Of a DNA stretch of 64,000 nucleotides, positions 1-10,552 are shown piece after piece (the stretch's first letter is position 1; the number at the start of each line of letters is the position of its first letter). The notes beneath the pieces are model-generated. The model saw only the letters and a program-made list of their open reading frames with translations, ran no database searches and was not told the DNA's origin. Origin of the DNA: a candidate division WOR-3 bacterium. Lineage in GTDB: Bacteria; Hydrothermota; 32-111. Made by a program: the position numbers and the translations under genes. The DNA is taken from the NCBI GenBank assembly GCA_037481815.1, contig JBBFKX010000003.1, positions 1-64,000 of the forward strand, given 5' to 3'.

Positions 1-2
1 CA

Positions 3-272
3 TGCACTATCAAGATATCTCCCAGAACTATCCCCCTTAAACCATATCTCTTTCCCCACTCTCTCCCCTACCCATATCAGTTCAGGAAAACTCCCCTTCA
101 CTCCATAACACTCACTCTCAAATACTATTGAATCCAACTTTATCGTATCATACCCAACATTGCAAAATTTTATCTCCTTATACAATGTGTCTCCATTTAC
201 ACTACTCCCGAATATCAGTTTTTTATTCTCGGAGACGGTGCTTGACTTTTTGACATTTTTGGGAATTGGTTC
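3..272 (-). pseudogene. Partial, apparently headless ORF encoding an Ig-like (ASH/choice-of-anchor D-like) domain; runs off the window edge
   Basis: Frame is open from the TAA at 273-275 to the window start: EPIPKNVKKSSTVSENKKLIFGSSVNGDTLYKEIKFCNVGYDTIKLDSIVFESECYGVKGSFPELIWVGERVGKEIWFKGDSSGRYLDSA. The LxFG...IxxxNxG..L..I...G.Y pattern is Ig/ASH-like. No ATG in frame; the first possible start is a TTG at 185, inside the domain. Confidence 0.5.
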
Positions 273-295
273 TTAAAAAAACAAAAACCGATTTT

Positions 296-1648
296 CTATA
301 CCAACAAAAACAAAAAAGTTGCTATCAAAAAAAGGATGAAAAAGATCTTACTCATATCTTTTAATTTTAAAGTTGGATCTTCGCCTGAAAATGATAGACC
401 AGTTTTTAAAATTTCATCTCTATAATCAAAAATTGTTCTGTCAAAATCAACATTTTTTTTTGAGAAAAAATCGAGCATATAATTCAACAGAGGTAAAAAT
501 CCTGAAGTCAAGATAAAGTTAGACAGAGTCGTATCAAGAGGTAAAGAAACATAAAATTTTTCATCTGAAAATGAAACAAGTTTATTCCCCTCTTCATCAA
601 CTATTAACGGTTCTTGTGGGATGTTCGAAATCTTGTTATAGTAAAGATTGTCAAAACCATTTTTTATAACTTCCTTTAAATTTTTATCCTTAAAAATTAT
701 TTCCTTTTTTCCTAGTGTTGTGTTGAACATGTATTCATTAAAAAAAACAATACCTTTTTTTATATCATCTTTTTCAGAAATAAAAATATCACTTTTACCT
801 GTTTCATATCCCAGTGCTTTGAGTGCTATCTTGATACTCTTGTCATTTATCAGGTTGTTTACCTTTTTGTTTTTTAAAAATATTGTTTTTGAAAATTTTA
901 TTGAATCGTTAAAAACTTTTAAAAAAGTTAAAGAATCAAATGAAATATCGAAAAAATTGATTCCTTTTTTTAGTAAAACCTTTTCTTGTTTATCGTTTAC
1001 AGTTAAGGATACAACCTTTTCATCTTTTGAAAAAATTTTGATCACAGGAAAAATATCAAGGATTAGAATATCAAAATCGTTATCAATTTTTATAAAATCA
1101 AAGTCATCCCTGAACCTTTCATATACTCTATCTGAAATCAAAACTGTTTTTATTGACGGAGAATTTATTTTTTGTATCAATCTAACATAATTTCTGATCA
1201 CACTCTCTTTTTCTAAAAGTTCTCCAGAAAAAATTTTTTCTTTTTTGAATGGATAATCGACCTTTTCGTTATTATCAAAAATCAAAATTTTTTCAAAATC
1301 GTTCCCTTTTTTATACTCTTTGATAATACTATCTACCTTTTCACTTTTAAGATTTAAAAATGGAGTGTTGTCTATATATACAAGAAGAAATTCGATTTTT
1401 TTTGATCTTATGTATGGTTTTGATAAAAAAAGTATTAAAAACGAAAATGAGAGTAAAAAGAGAATTATTTTGAAAATGTATATGAAAATTTTTAAATCCT
1501 TTTTTATAATACTTTTCTCTTCTTCATTAAAAATATCAACATAAGGATAGTTTTTTACTTTTTTGAATTTTTTTGAAAATATCAAGAGAAACAGAAATAA
1601 AGGTAAAAGAGAAAAAAGGATAAAAATATACTCTCTATAGAAAAACAC
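296..1648 (-). CDS. BatA-like N-terminal domain membrane protein (vWA-associated type)
   Basis: N-terminal 'LLPLFLFLL..K...YP' double-TM BatA pattern, 'LSKPY', C-terminal TM helix; overlaps the DUF58 gene. Confidence 0.6.
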   Translation of the reverse strand: MFFYREYIFILFSLLPLFLFLLIFSKKFKKVKNYPYVDIFNEEEKSIIKKDLKIFIYIFKIILFLLSFSFLILFLSKPYIRSKKIEFLLVYIDNTPFLNLKSEKVDSIIKEYKKGNDFEKILIFDNNEKVDYPFKKEKIFSGELLEKESVIRNYVRLIQKINSPSIKTVLISDRVYERFRDDFDFIKIDNDFDILILDIFPVIKIFSKDEKVVSLTVNDKQEKVLLKKGINFFDISFDSLTFLKVFNDSIKFSKTIFLKNKKVNNLINDKSIKIALKALGYETGKSDIFISEKDDIKKGIVFFNEYMFNTTLGKKEIIFKDKNLKEVIKNGFDNLYYNKISNIPQEPLIVDEEGNKLVSFSDEKFYVSLPLDTTLSNFILTSGFLPLLNYMLDFFSKKNVDFDRTIFDYRDEILKTGLSFSGEDPTLKLKDMSKIFFILFLIATFLFLLV

Positions 1649-2495
1649 TCTTTCTCCTTAAAAAGAATTTTGAAAGTGGTTTTTCAAATCCTTCCTCGAT
1701 CATTATATGGTTGTAATCTATTCCATTTTCATAACAGATCTTTTTTATCCTTTCATTCCTTTGTTTTAAAACTTTCAACCTATCAGAAGAAGAATCAAGA
1801 AAAAGAGTTTTACCTGTTTCCATATCTTTCAAATATACATTTTCAAAATTTTTTCTTTCAAACTCTTCTTTACTCTGAAGATGAAAAACTATCGAATCGT
1901 TTTTAAAAACTTTGTATATGGAAATCGTTTTCATAATGTTTTCAAGATTCTCTCCAAAATCTGTTATAAAAATAACAAAAGTTGATTTTTTTACTTTTGG
2001 TAAAATTCCCTGTAAAACTTTTGCACCTTCTGTTTCTCCCTCTGGTTTTATCTTTTCAAGATCTTGGTAGATCTGAAAAATAAGGTTTTGCTTTTTTGAT
2101 GGTTTATGAAAAATTCTTATCCTGTCATTATAGAGCGAATAACCAAAAGAATCGTTCTGTCTTTTTGAAATCAAAGCGAAAACAAAAAGTAATGTTTTTC
2201 CATATTCGAATTTGTTTGAAAATTGCATGGATTTTGAAGAATCAAGAAACACATGAATATCGGTATCCGACTCACCTTCATTTTCTCTTACAAAAAGTTT
2301 TTCACTCCTTAAAAAAACTTTCCAGTCAATCTTTTTAAAATCATCACCCTGAATATATTCTCTGTACTCAGAAAATTCTGACGAAAATCCTTTGTATGGA
2401 GTTTTATGGATACCTGAAAAATATCCTTTTAAAATATATTTTGATCTTAAAAAAAGGTTTTCAATTCTTAAAATTTCTGAAAAATTATTATTCAT
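1635..2495 (-). CDS. DUF58 family protein (vWA-like, MoxR-associated)
   Basis: G.H...KGFSSEFSEYREYIQGDDFKKIDWK, LDSSKSM MIDAS-like motif, FITDF. Confidence 0.92.
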   Translation of the reverse strand: MNNNFSEILRIENLFLRSKYILKGYFSGIHKTPYKGFSSEFSEYREYIQGDDFKKIDWKVFLRSEKLFVRENEGESDTDIHVFLDSSKSMQFSNKFEYGKTLLFVFALISKRQNDSFGYSLYNDRIRIFHKPSKKQNLIFQIYQDLEKIKPEGETEGAKVLQGILPKVKKSTFVIFITDFGENLENIMKTISIYKVFKNDSIVFHLQSKEEFERKNFENVYLKDMETGKTLFLDSSSDRLKVLKQRNERIKKICYENGIDYNHIMIEEGFEKPLSKFFLRRKSVFL

Positions 2496-4038
2496 CTATT
2501 CTGTAAATCTTTAAACTTTCATTTTGAAAAGATGTTCTGTATATAATGTGTGTTGAATCAAAAAACGATGGTTTATTGCCATAGTAAAAATAGTATGAAA
2601 TTTTATATCTTTTTAAATCTTCCAAAAGTTTATCCTTATCATTTGAGTAATAAAAAGTTCCATAATATTTTAAATTAAGATAATATGAGATGTATGTAGT
2701 GTTCTTTCTATTTAAGTTTGATGCAACATTTCCTGAGATATTCAGATTTTTCAATTCTGATGAAAGGTTGTAAACATCTTTTCCAGAGTTAAGATCAGAC
2801 TTCAACTCTTTCAAAGGCATTATCAAAAATGATAATGAAATCAAAATAAAAGATAGGATTTTTAAAAAATTTCTTATTTTAAAATTTTCTAAAACAATCA
2901 AAAAGAGGGAAGCGATTAAATAAAAATTGATAAAAATATACCTTCTTTCAATTTCAACAGGTAAATACCCAATAAAAGATATGATTGATGCAAAAAAAAT
3001 CAGAAAGAGATTTTTTCTTTTTTTCTTTTTGATAAATAGAAAGACAGATAAAATAAAAAATAAAGGTAAAAATAAAGAAAAGGATAATAAAAGTTTGAAT
3101 GTTCTCAATGTTCTCTCAGAAACGATTTTTAAATAATAATTCAAATTTTCAAATACCATTTTAACACTAACTTCTGGATGTTTTACATAAGAAGGGTCAT
3201 CCCAGAAAGATGTTGAAAGTGAATCTGGTGGGGGAAGAGGGTGTGTATAAACCTCTTTCAGTTTTAAAGTATCAATTGTCAAAGTTGTATAGTTGAACTT
3301 ACCTGTTGTTCCAACTGTTGGATAACCGTATTTTGCAGAGATAATAAAGATCCAGATTGAGGATAGAGCAATGAAAACTATTCCCGATAGGAATAAATAT
3401 TTTATTTTCCGAAAATCTCTTTTAATCAAATTGATAAAGAATAAAATTATCAAAAGACCAAGGAAGAAGAAAAAACCGTATGTTTTTGCAAGGTATGTTA
3501 AAAAACCTATAAATCCAAGTAAAATAAAGGAATATTTTTTATTGAAAAGATTTTCATCAACTAAAAATGATAATAAAAACAGGAAAAAGGTTGTAATTAT
3601 AAAATCTGATGTAATTTTTATAAGAGTAAAATGTGTTGTGACAATTGGGACAAAAAAAATCAAAAAAATTTTTTTGTAGTTTGATACAATACCAACATTT
3701 TTTAAAAATCTATCAAACAAGTATATTGAGAATAAACCTATAAAATATGATAAAATTTTAAATGAGATTACACCTTCTTTAAAAACTACCAAAAAAGGAA
3801 TAAGTAAAAAAGATATCAATGGAGACCAATAACCGTTGACAGCAAGTTTAAAATTTCCTGATAAATATTTTTTTGCGATGTTTATGAGTGAAATCCCATC
3901 GGGGTTGATCTGGTACCTAAAAAAAAGAAGAAAGTAAAAGAACAATATTGTGTACAGGATGAACGTTAACAAGAGATAATATTTTGAAATAAAATCTTTA
4001 ACTTTTTGTTTCATGATAGGATTCCTCTGCATTGACAT
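2488..4038 (-). CDS. Polytopic membrane protein, probable GT-C (ArnT/PMT-like) glycosyltransferase
   Basis: About 12 hydrophobic segments; NPDGISL...GYWSPL after TM1, YLAK, ERRY. True start may be the ATG at 4014. Confidence 0.55.
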   Translation of the reverse strand: MSMQRNPIMKQKVKDFISKYYLLLTFILYTILFFYFLLFFRYQINPDGISLINIAKKYLSGNFKLAVNGYWSPLISFLLIPFLVVFKEGVISFKILSYFIGLFSIYLFDRFLKNVGIVSNYKKIFLIFFVPIVTTHFTLIKITSDFIITTFFLFLLSFLVDENLFNKKYSFILLGFIGFLTYLAKTYGFFFFLGLLIILFFINLIKRDFRKIKYLFLSGIVFIALSSIWIFIISAKYGYPTVGTTGKFNYTTLTIDTLKLKEVYTHPLPPPDSLSTSFWDDPSYVKHPEVSVKMVFENLNYYLKIVSERTLRTFKLLLSFSLFLPLFFILSVFLFIKKKKRKNLFLIFFASIISFIGYLPVEIERRYIFINFYLIASLFLIVLENFKIRNFLKILSFILISLSFLIMPLKELKSDLNSGKDVYNLSSELKNLNISGNVASNLNRKNTTYISYYLNLKYYGTFYYSNDKDKLLEDLKRYKISYYFYYGNKPSFFDSTHIIYRTSFQNESLKIYRIDE

Positions 4039-5569
4039 TCCAGATCGCTTCTTTACTTTTTTTGTTCTCAGTGATTATCTCATAACATTCCTTGGCGCTG
4101 AGCATCGAATGATCCATGTTGTTATACCTATGCATTCCATTTCTTCCAATTAAGAAAAGGTTATCAATCTTATCAGAATAATTTTTTACAATATCAAAAT
4201 CTCTGTAAACCCCAAAATATGCAGGATACGCTTTTTCTTCTTTTAAAATTATACTATCAAGAACATCTTCCTTTTTAAAAAACCCGATTTTTTCCATCTC
4301 TTCATAGGAAAAATTTTTTAAAAGATCTTCTTCAAGATTCCAGATCGGGTCAGAAGTGTTTGCGAAATATTCAAGGCCCATCCAGACAAAATTTAAGTCC
4401 TTTACAAGGTATGGTGACCAGTTGTTAAAAATCTGTGCTCTTCCAACCTTAACATCCTTTTCCTGAATATAGATCCAGTTATCCGGAATGATATTGTTTA
4501 CCGTTTTGATTTTCGTTTTATTTTCAAGTAAGAGTTTTTTTAGTAAAACTCCAACAGTGAAAAAGTCCCTGTACTGTAAATTCAATGCAACCCGTTTTAC
4601 ATCATCAGGAATATTGTCTCCTTCGATTCCTTCAAAAAGATCTTTTATCGGAAGAGTTGATATGAAATAATCACACTCGATTTTTTCAATTTTTTTGTTT
4701 TTATCTTCAACCTTGATAGATATTACTTTGTTATCTTTTAAAACTATTCCAACAATTTTTTTATTTTTTTCTATTTTTCCGCCATTTTTTTCAACAAGAT
4801 TACCAAGTTCTTCCCAGAATTGTCCGGGTCCATATTTTGGATATAAAAATTTTTCGATCAAACTCGTTTCAACCTCTTTTTGATCAATATTTTTACTCTT
4901 AAAATTTTTTGTTATCGCATGGATTATCGCTTTACCTATATCAAGTCCTTTGACCCTCTGCCTTCCCCAACTCGCTTCAATATCTTTACATGAAACCCCC
5001 CATACCTTTTCTGTATAGTCCTTGAAAAATGTATCGTAAAGTTCAAATCCAAATCTGTTGATAAAAAAATCTTCAAGATTCTTTTCTTCTTTGATCGGTT
5101 TGATCTTGACTTTTAAATAGTCCAGTCCGATTTTAAAACTTTTTGAAATACCAAGGTTTTTTAATGTCTCAAAAGATAAACTTACAGGATAACTGTAAAA
5201 TTTTCTACCATAAAAGATTCTTGATAATCTGTTCCTTATAAGAAAGAGATTATCCTCTTTTTCGGGATCAACTATCCTCTCACTCATTTTTAAATCAATG
5301 GATTGATTTAATATTATTTGATCTTTTGATCTTTCTGTCTGTACTGGAAATATTGAAGTCCAAAAGTCCATTACCCACGAAGATTTTGAAAAGAATCTGT
5401 GTCCACCAAGATCTATTCTGTTACCATTGTAGTTGTATGTTTTTGCGATTCCACCGAGATTGTCAGATTTTTCAAAAAGGATAACTTTATAGTTTTTATT
5501 TTTTGAAAAAAGATATGCGGCTGTAAGTCCGGCAGGACCTCCACCACCGATAATTACTATTTTTCCCAT
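3998..5569 (-). CDS. NAD(P)/FAD-dependent oxidoreductase (protoporphyrinogen oxidase / UDP-galactopyranose mutase-like)
   Basis: GxGxxG motif, [33 protein letters not shown]. Confidence 0.85.
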   Translation of the reverse strand: MGKIVIIGGGGPAGLTAAYLFSKNKNYKVILFEKSDNLGGIAKTYNYNGNRIDLGGHRFFSKSSWVMDFWTSIFPVQTERSKDQIILNQSIDLKMSERIVDPEKEDNLFLIRNRLSRIFYGRKFYSYPVSLSFETLKNLGISKSFKIGLDYLKVKIKPIKEEKNLEDFFINRFGFELYDTFFKDYTEKVWGVSCKDIEASWGRQRVKGLDIGKAIIHAITKNFKSKNIDQKEVETSLIEKFLYPKYGPGQFWEELGNLVEKNGGKIEKNKKIVGIVLKDNKVISIKVEDKNKKIEKIECDYFISTLPIKDLFEGIEGDNIPDDVKRVALNLQYRDFFTVGVLLKKLLLENKTKIKTVNNIIPDNWIYIQEKDVKVGRAQIFNNWSPYLVKDLNFVWMGLEYFANTSDPIWNLEEDLLKNFSYEEMEKIGFFKKEDVLDSIILKEEKAYPAYFGVYRDFDIVKNYSDKIDNLFLIGRNGMHRYNNMDHSMLSAKECYEIITENKKSKEAIWNVNAEESYHETKS

Positions 5570-5578
5570 ATGGAAAAG

Positions 5579-5606
5579 ATTATATGTTAAAACAAAAAAA
5601 ATTCAA
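5579..5606 (-). promoter_or_regulatory. Sigma70-type promoter
   Basis: TTGAAT-16 nt-TATAAT; 9 nt separate the -10 box from the ATG at 5569. Confidence 0.55.
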
Positions 5607-5610
5607 CAAT

Positions 5611-7386
5611 TTAAAATTTCAAAAGTTTGATACTTTGTAAAATATTATTTTCTTTAAAAATCACAAAGAATATTCCATTTCTTCGTAATTCTTTTAAATC
5701 ATTTTCTCCCTGATAAAGTGTTTTCAAAATTTTACCGTTACAATCAACAAGTTTTGCAGAACTAATGTTTTCGAGTATTATCTTATTTTCAGAAAGAAAA
5801 ATTTTCATTTTTTCTTCGTTTTCTTTTGTAATAACATCCTTTTGTGAGGTTTCATTCGATCTTGTTAAGTTAAAACTAAGATCATAATCAAAAAAGTTTG
5901 AAAATGTCTCTTTTATCAACTGGTCAAGATTCTTACCATCAATATATTCCAGAGGAAAACCAAAAAATACTGACTTATGCGTTTTTGCAACATTGTTAAC
6001 ACCAACATATACAGGTGCTTTTGATTTTCCAAGATAGTAGTTTACATTTACGAAAGTGTCTCTTGGAAAAGGCATAACATAATCAACATTTGAAGAAGTT
6101 GCTTCAACCTGCTGTATTAATGATGTATACGGATTTAAAGAATAAAAACTTGTCTTATCTGCTGTGAAGAAGACATCATCGTAAATGCTTGATCTGTAAT
6201 CAATCCACAAAAAGTATGCTAAAAATGGAAACTCATCAGTTTGTAAGTTTTGCCCAGGTATTCCATACGATTAAGCAAGATTTTCACCTGAAACAAGAAT
6301 GTTCCCTCCATAGGTAAGATATCTTTGTAAATTGAATGTGTCATTTGGTAAAACAAATGGTTCTCCATATTCTCCTGTGTAAAGAATTACTGTTGTGAAT
6401 TTTGAAAGAAAAGTATAATTTGGATAGGTTCCGGTCGGTTTTAAATTTACATAAAAATACTCAATTCCATTATTATCAAGTGCTTTTAAAAGATCATAAG
6501 TAGATTTTGCAACCTGTCCATCATCCTGTATCACAAGAGTTCTTCCAATCGAGAAGAATCTCAAAATATCTCTTAAATAACTTGTTCTTATGAGAATATT
6601 TTTCATCGAATCCGGTATATCTTTACCCTGTTTATATGGAAAAGCGTAAGCACCAAAATCTGTTGTTTGCATCACTGTTTTTCCAGGGAAATAGTATGGT
6701 GCTTTCGACTCCGGAGGTGTATACGCTGTTGCTGTTGACCTGTAAAGTTTTCCTTTTGCATTGAAAACAAGGAATGGATAATAGTATGGTTCACCGATTC
6801 CATAAAAGTTTCCAAGTTGATCTATAGAATAATCGGGAGCAGTCCCTGCAGGATACACAAATTCATAATATCTGCAAAAGTTTGATGTTGTATCGGTGTA
6901 AACTGTTTCAACATAAGAATAGTTCGTACCACCACTATAGAGTAGATAGTTATTAAAGTACATATTTAGAAAATTTACATCAGTTCTATCAAGATAATCC
7001 GCAATGTTGTTACCTTCAAGATATAAACACCCTCCACTATCAAGGTACTCTTTCAGTTTGTCTATATCACTTTGTGAAATTATTGTGGTTAAAGCAGGTC
7101 GAGGTCCACATGTAATAAAAACTGCTCCATACTGCAATAGTTCTTCTATAGGAGGTAAAGTATTATTGATATCAAGATTATGAGAATCTTTTGAAAATCC
7201 AAGTATCCCAAACGATTGTATTAGATTTTCTTCATATCCTATGTATTTGTCAGGGTTATCAGGATCTTGAAAGGTAAGTCCGTTGTCATTATCCCACAAA
7301 AATATTCTCACATTACTGAAATTTTGAGGGAATAATATTACAAAAATCGTCAAAAAACTTAAGAAAAATATTATGGATTTTTTCAT
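5611..7386 (-). pseudogene. Secreted T9SS-CTD-like protein interrupted by one in-frame TAA (ORFs 6271-7407 and 5611-6210 form one gene)
   Basis: Both ORFs share a frame, and the 60 nt between them read open (SYGIPGQNLQTDEFPFLAYF). Signal peptide MKKSIIFFL follows an AAGGAGG SD (start 7386). Two repeats of a D-D-x-G...YLxxGG.L...G.N domain. CTD-like end (LVDCNGK...GIFFV...KLLKF). Confidence 0.75.
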
Positions 7387-7460
7387 AAAACCCTCCTTAT
7401 AGTTCATAGATTAAACTATACACAGGTTGAAGTCAAGAAAAAAATAACAAAAAAACCATC

Positions 7461-7489
7461 TTGACTTTTTGTAAAAAATTACATAAAAT
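7461..7489 (+). promoter_or_regulatory. Sigma70-type promoter of the C25 peptidase gene
   Basis: TTGACT-17 nt-TAAAAT, then AAAGGAGG SD before the ATG at 7508. Confidence 0.6.
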
Positions 7490-7507
7490 TTTACAAAAGG
7501 AGGAAAT

Positions 7508-10500
7508 ATGAAAAAGATATTTAACTTTATCATCTTACTTTTCTTTCTCCAGACATTTTCTTATCCATTAAGGATGGAACAAGATATGAACGATTTTGAA
7601 GTAAAATTTTTTCCTTTTTCAAAAAAATTGATCTTCAACTATGAAAAAAATGTCCTTGTAGTTCATCAGAAGGATATTACTCCTGATGAATTGAATTTCA
7701 TGCTACTCTCTTTGGGATACCAATATATCAACATCGTAAACTATGACGCCTCTTTTAATTCTGTTAAACACATTATAGATTCGGTTAAAAATACGAAAAA
7801 ACTTTGCTGTATAATCCTTATTGGTGATGAAAAGAGAATCAATCCCTATAGAAACTGTTTAAACCCTTACACATTAAAATATTTTTCATCAGATATGTTA
7901 TTTTCAAATCCATTTTGTGATACTTTCTTTGTTCCTGTTTCGAGGATCCCTGTTTCAAACCAGAACCAGTTGGACATTTATATTGAAAAATTGAAAAATT
8001 TTCTTTTTGATAACTCAAATGTTAATTTTATCTTTTCTTCCCCTTTCTATGATTACAATCAGGACTCAACAGAAGATTATCTTTATTTTACATATCCTTA
8101 TTTTATCAACAAAGTTATAAAAGGAAAAATATATGGAGAAACGAATTCTTCTTTTCCAAAATACACTTACACATATGAGAAATTACCTGATTCTTTGATC
8201 TTTCCTCAATACAACTGGTTCTTTGAGTTAAACATGTTGAATCAGGAAACAGACAATTTCATTTTTACATATAGAGGTCATGGTAATACGATTTCAACGG
8301 TTCTTCCAGATTTTTCATTAAGTGATATCTATTCTTTAAATTTCTCAAAAAGTGGAATTTTTCTTTTCTTTTCATGTCTTGTTGGTAGTTTTGATAAAGA
8401 AAATTCGAACTTTGAAAGATCTTTTTCTGAATCACTTCTTGTTTCTAATTGTAATTCGATACTAACCCTTTCATCTTCATCTGAAACTTTTTACCAATAC
8501 AACAATTATATGATGAACAAATTTTTTGATTTTTTTAACGATAACTGTTTTAAACTTGAAAAAACGGAAAGTGAATCGATCTTTTTGGATCTGTATACCA
8601 AATTGGTTTTCTCGTTTTTAAATTATGCTGGTATAAACGACTACTCTATCTCCCAACTACTTTCATACAATCTTTTTGGGGTTCCAGTTTTGAGTATGAA
8701 AAAATCTTCTACAAACAAACCCTATCTTATTTCAAACTATTGTAAAATATCAGATTCTTTAATAGAAATAAACATTTTCCAACCCTGCAAAATAAACATA
8801 TTTTCAAAGGAAAAGATTCTTGATACTTTTAACTTCTTTGAAACCACGAAATTCTACTACAGATTTTTTAACTTAAAACCTGAATCTTTCTACTATATTT
8901 CATCATATAAAAATGGTGTTTTATTTATTGATTCGTTCTATTTGGATCGTGATTCCATTTACATAGACACAATCTTTTTTTCAGATAGTTTATCAAACAA
9001 CAACGGTATGATAGAGGAAGGAGAACCTGTACAGATTTATTTCAAACTAAATAGTAATATCGATCAACAAAGGATAAGATTCATCTCAAACTCTTGTGAA
9101 ATTCTCGAAAATATAATTTTTGATAAAGAGTTTTATAAAGTGACAGTAAAATCTTTAAAAGGTGTAAAGAGTTTAGATTTTAATATCAAGGTTGATTCGT
9201 TTAATTTTTATTTTTCCTTTCCTGTAAACATGTTCAGAATCGTGATTGATTCAATTATATCAAATGAAACTATAATTTTCTATGAGAACCAGGAATATCA
9301 ACTTGGAATTTTAATATCAAAAATAAACGACTTTCCTTCAGAAAGTATTAAAATAAAATTTTTAAATAACGGTTACAAAGTGTTAAAAGATACTTTTTGG
9401 ATAAAAACTCCTTTTGAAAAGATTATCATATGGAACCATTTTACATTTTTTAACGATACAAATCAAATAACGATTGAATATTCCAATGGTTTTATAATGG
9501 ACACAGTTTCAATTATGATTTTAACAAGCAAAAGATTTTCCCTGTTTTTTTTCGATCCATTAAACAACTATCAAAACTCAAACTTTTTAACATTTTTAAA
9601 AGATTCGATGAAGATTTTTGTAAACATTTCAAACAGAATCGATACATCAATCTTTTATTCCTCTTACTTTTTCTCTTATGGTGTTTATCCAAAGATATAC
9701 CATATTACTTCGGATGAATCAAAATTTATAGAAAAATTGATTTCAAAAAACATTCCCCTGATCGTTGAAGGAGGAGATGTTTTTGGATACGACAAAGAGG
9801 GAAAAAGGATCAAAGAACTTTTCAACATAAAAGAATCGTATGATGGAAATTACATGTATAAAGGAAGTGTTGTTAAGATCCTGCCTTTATACATCGATGT
9901 TTTCTATGATACCACAACAAACTACATCGATTACTATGTAACCGATTATCCCGTACTTTCATTTGAGAATAAATTTTTTGGTTCACTAAAAGATAACAGA
10001 ATCGCACAATCTCTGCTTTTAAAAAACCTAAAATATTATGATCAGAGCATACTATATTACTATTACACTCTCTTTCTTTTTGATTTTCACGAAGGAATAT
10101 CATTTAAAGAAACCATTGATATTTCAATAAATAGAAATTTCGAAATATGTTCAAATGTTGATAATCCTCAATTAATTTTTTGCTCCTCTCTAAGCAGTTT
10201 TATTGATTCGATTGAATTTGAAAATTGCAGGATTATAGATCCTCACTCTAAAAAAACTGCAAAAGTTTTTATCAAAAGAAATTCACCTCCATTTTTCACA
10301 AAAATAGTTCTATCAACAGGATTTTTTGAATATACATTATTTTTAAAATACACTCCATACAATCAAACAAAAAAAGTAAAAGAAAAAGAAATATTGAAAA
10401 GTGAAGATAAAAAAATCTATTTCGATAGAGCAGGAAGAAAAGTTTTAAAACATGATTTGAAAAATTTTGATATTTATTTTAACAACAACAAAAAGTTACT

Positions 10501-10516
10501 AATGTTAAAAAAATAG
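7508..10516 (+). CDS. Peptidase C25 (gingipain-like) secreted cysteine protease with CTD-like tail
   Basis: Signal peptide; IILIGD, SDMLF, VSRIP, YRGHG (catalytic His), FSCLVG (catalytic Cys), YNLFG; NNNGMIEEGE Ig-like segment; tail IYFDRAGRKV...KKLLMLKK. Confidence 0.75.
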   Translation: MKKIFNFIILLFFLQTFSYPLRMEQDMNDFEVKFFPFSKKLIFNYEKNVLVVHQKDITPDELNFMLLSLGYQYINIVNYDASFNSVKHIIDSVKNTKKLCCIILIGDEKRINPYRNCLNPYTLKYFSSDMLFSNPFCDTFFVPVSRIPVSNQNQLDIYIEKLKNFLFDNSNVNFIFSSPFYDYNQDSTEDYLYFTYPYFINKVIKGKIYGETNSSFPKYTYTYEKLPDSLIFPQYNWFFELNMLNQETDNFIFTYRGHGNTISTVLPDFSLSDIYSLNFSKSGIFLFFSCLVGSFDKENSNFERSFSESLLVSNCNSILTLSSSSETFYQYNNYMMNKFFDFFNDNCFKLEKTESESIFLDLYTKLVFSFLNYAGINDYSISQLLSYNLFGVPVLSMKKSSTNKPYLISNYCKISDSLIEINIFQPCKINIFSKEKILDTFNFFETTKFYYRFFNLKPESFYYISSYKNGVLFIDSFYLDRDSIYIDTIFFSDSLSNNNGMIEEGEPVQIYFKLNSNIDQQRIRFISNSCEILENIIFDKEFYKVTVKSLKGVKSLDFNIKVDSFNFYFSFPVNMFRIVIDSIISNETIIFYENQEYQLGILISKINDFPSESIKIKFLNNGYKVLKDTFWIKTPFEKIIIWNHFTFFNDTNQITIEYSNGFIMDTVSIMILTSKRFSLFFFDPLNNYQNSNFLTFLKDSMKIFVNISNRIDTSIFYSSYFFSYGVYPKIYHITSDESKFIEKLISKNIPLIVEGGDVFGYDKEGKRIKELFNIKESYDGNYMYKGSVVKILPLYIDVFYDTTTNYIDYYVTDYPVLSFENKFFGSLKDNRIAQSLLLKNLKYYDQSILYYYYTLFLFDFHEGISFKETIDISINRNFEICSNVDNPQLIFCSSLSSFIDSIEFENCRIIDPHSKKTAKVFIKRNSPPFFTKIVLSTGFFEYTLFLKYTPYNQTKKVKEKEILKSEDKKIYFDRAGRKVLKHDLKNFDIYFNNNKKLLMLKK

Positions 10517-10517
10517 T

Positions 10518-10546
10518 TTGACTTTATTCTGATCGATTTTTATAAT
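10518..10546 (+). promoter_or_regulatory. Near-consensus sigma70 promoter, probably leaderless
   Basis: TTGACT-17 nt-TATAAT; the ATG begins at the 7th base after the -10 box; no SD. Confidence 0.7.
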
Positions 10547-10552
10547 TTTTCT

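Noticed and set aside
452..461. Poly-A/T tracts as phase-variation sites
   Set aside because: Runs of 7-10 A or T are common throughout this AT-rich sequence and none coincides with a frameshifted gene.
5535..5550. Extra Gly in the dinucleotide-binding motif (IIGGGGPAG)
   Set aside because: GxGxxG is still satisfied. It may be a trivial triplet slip, with no further support.
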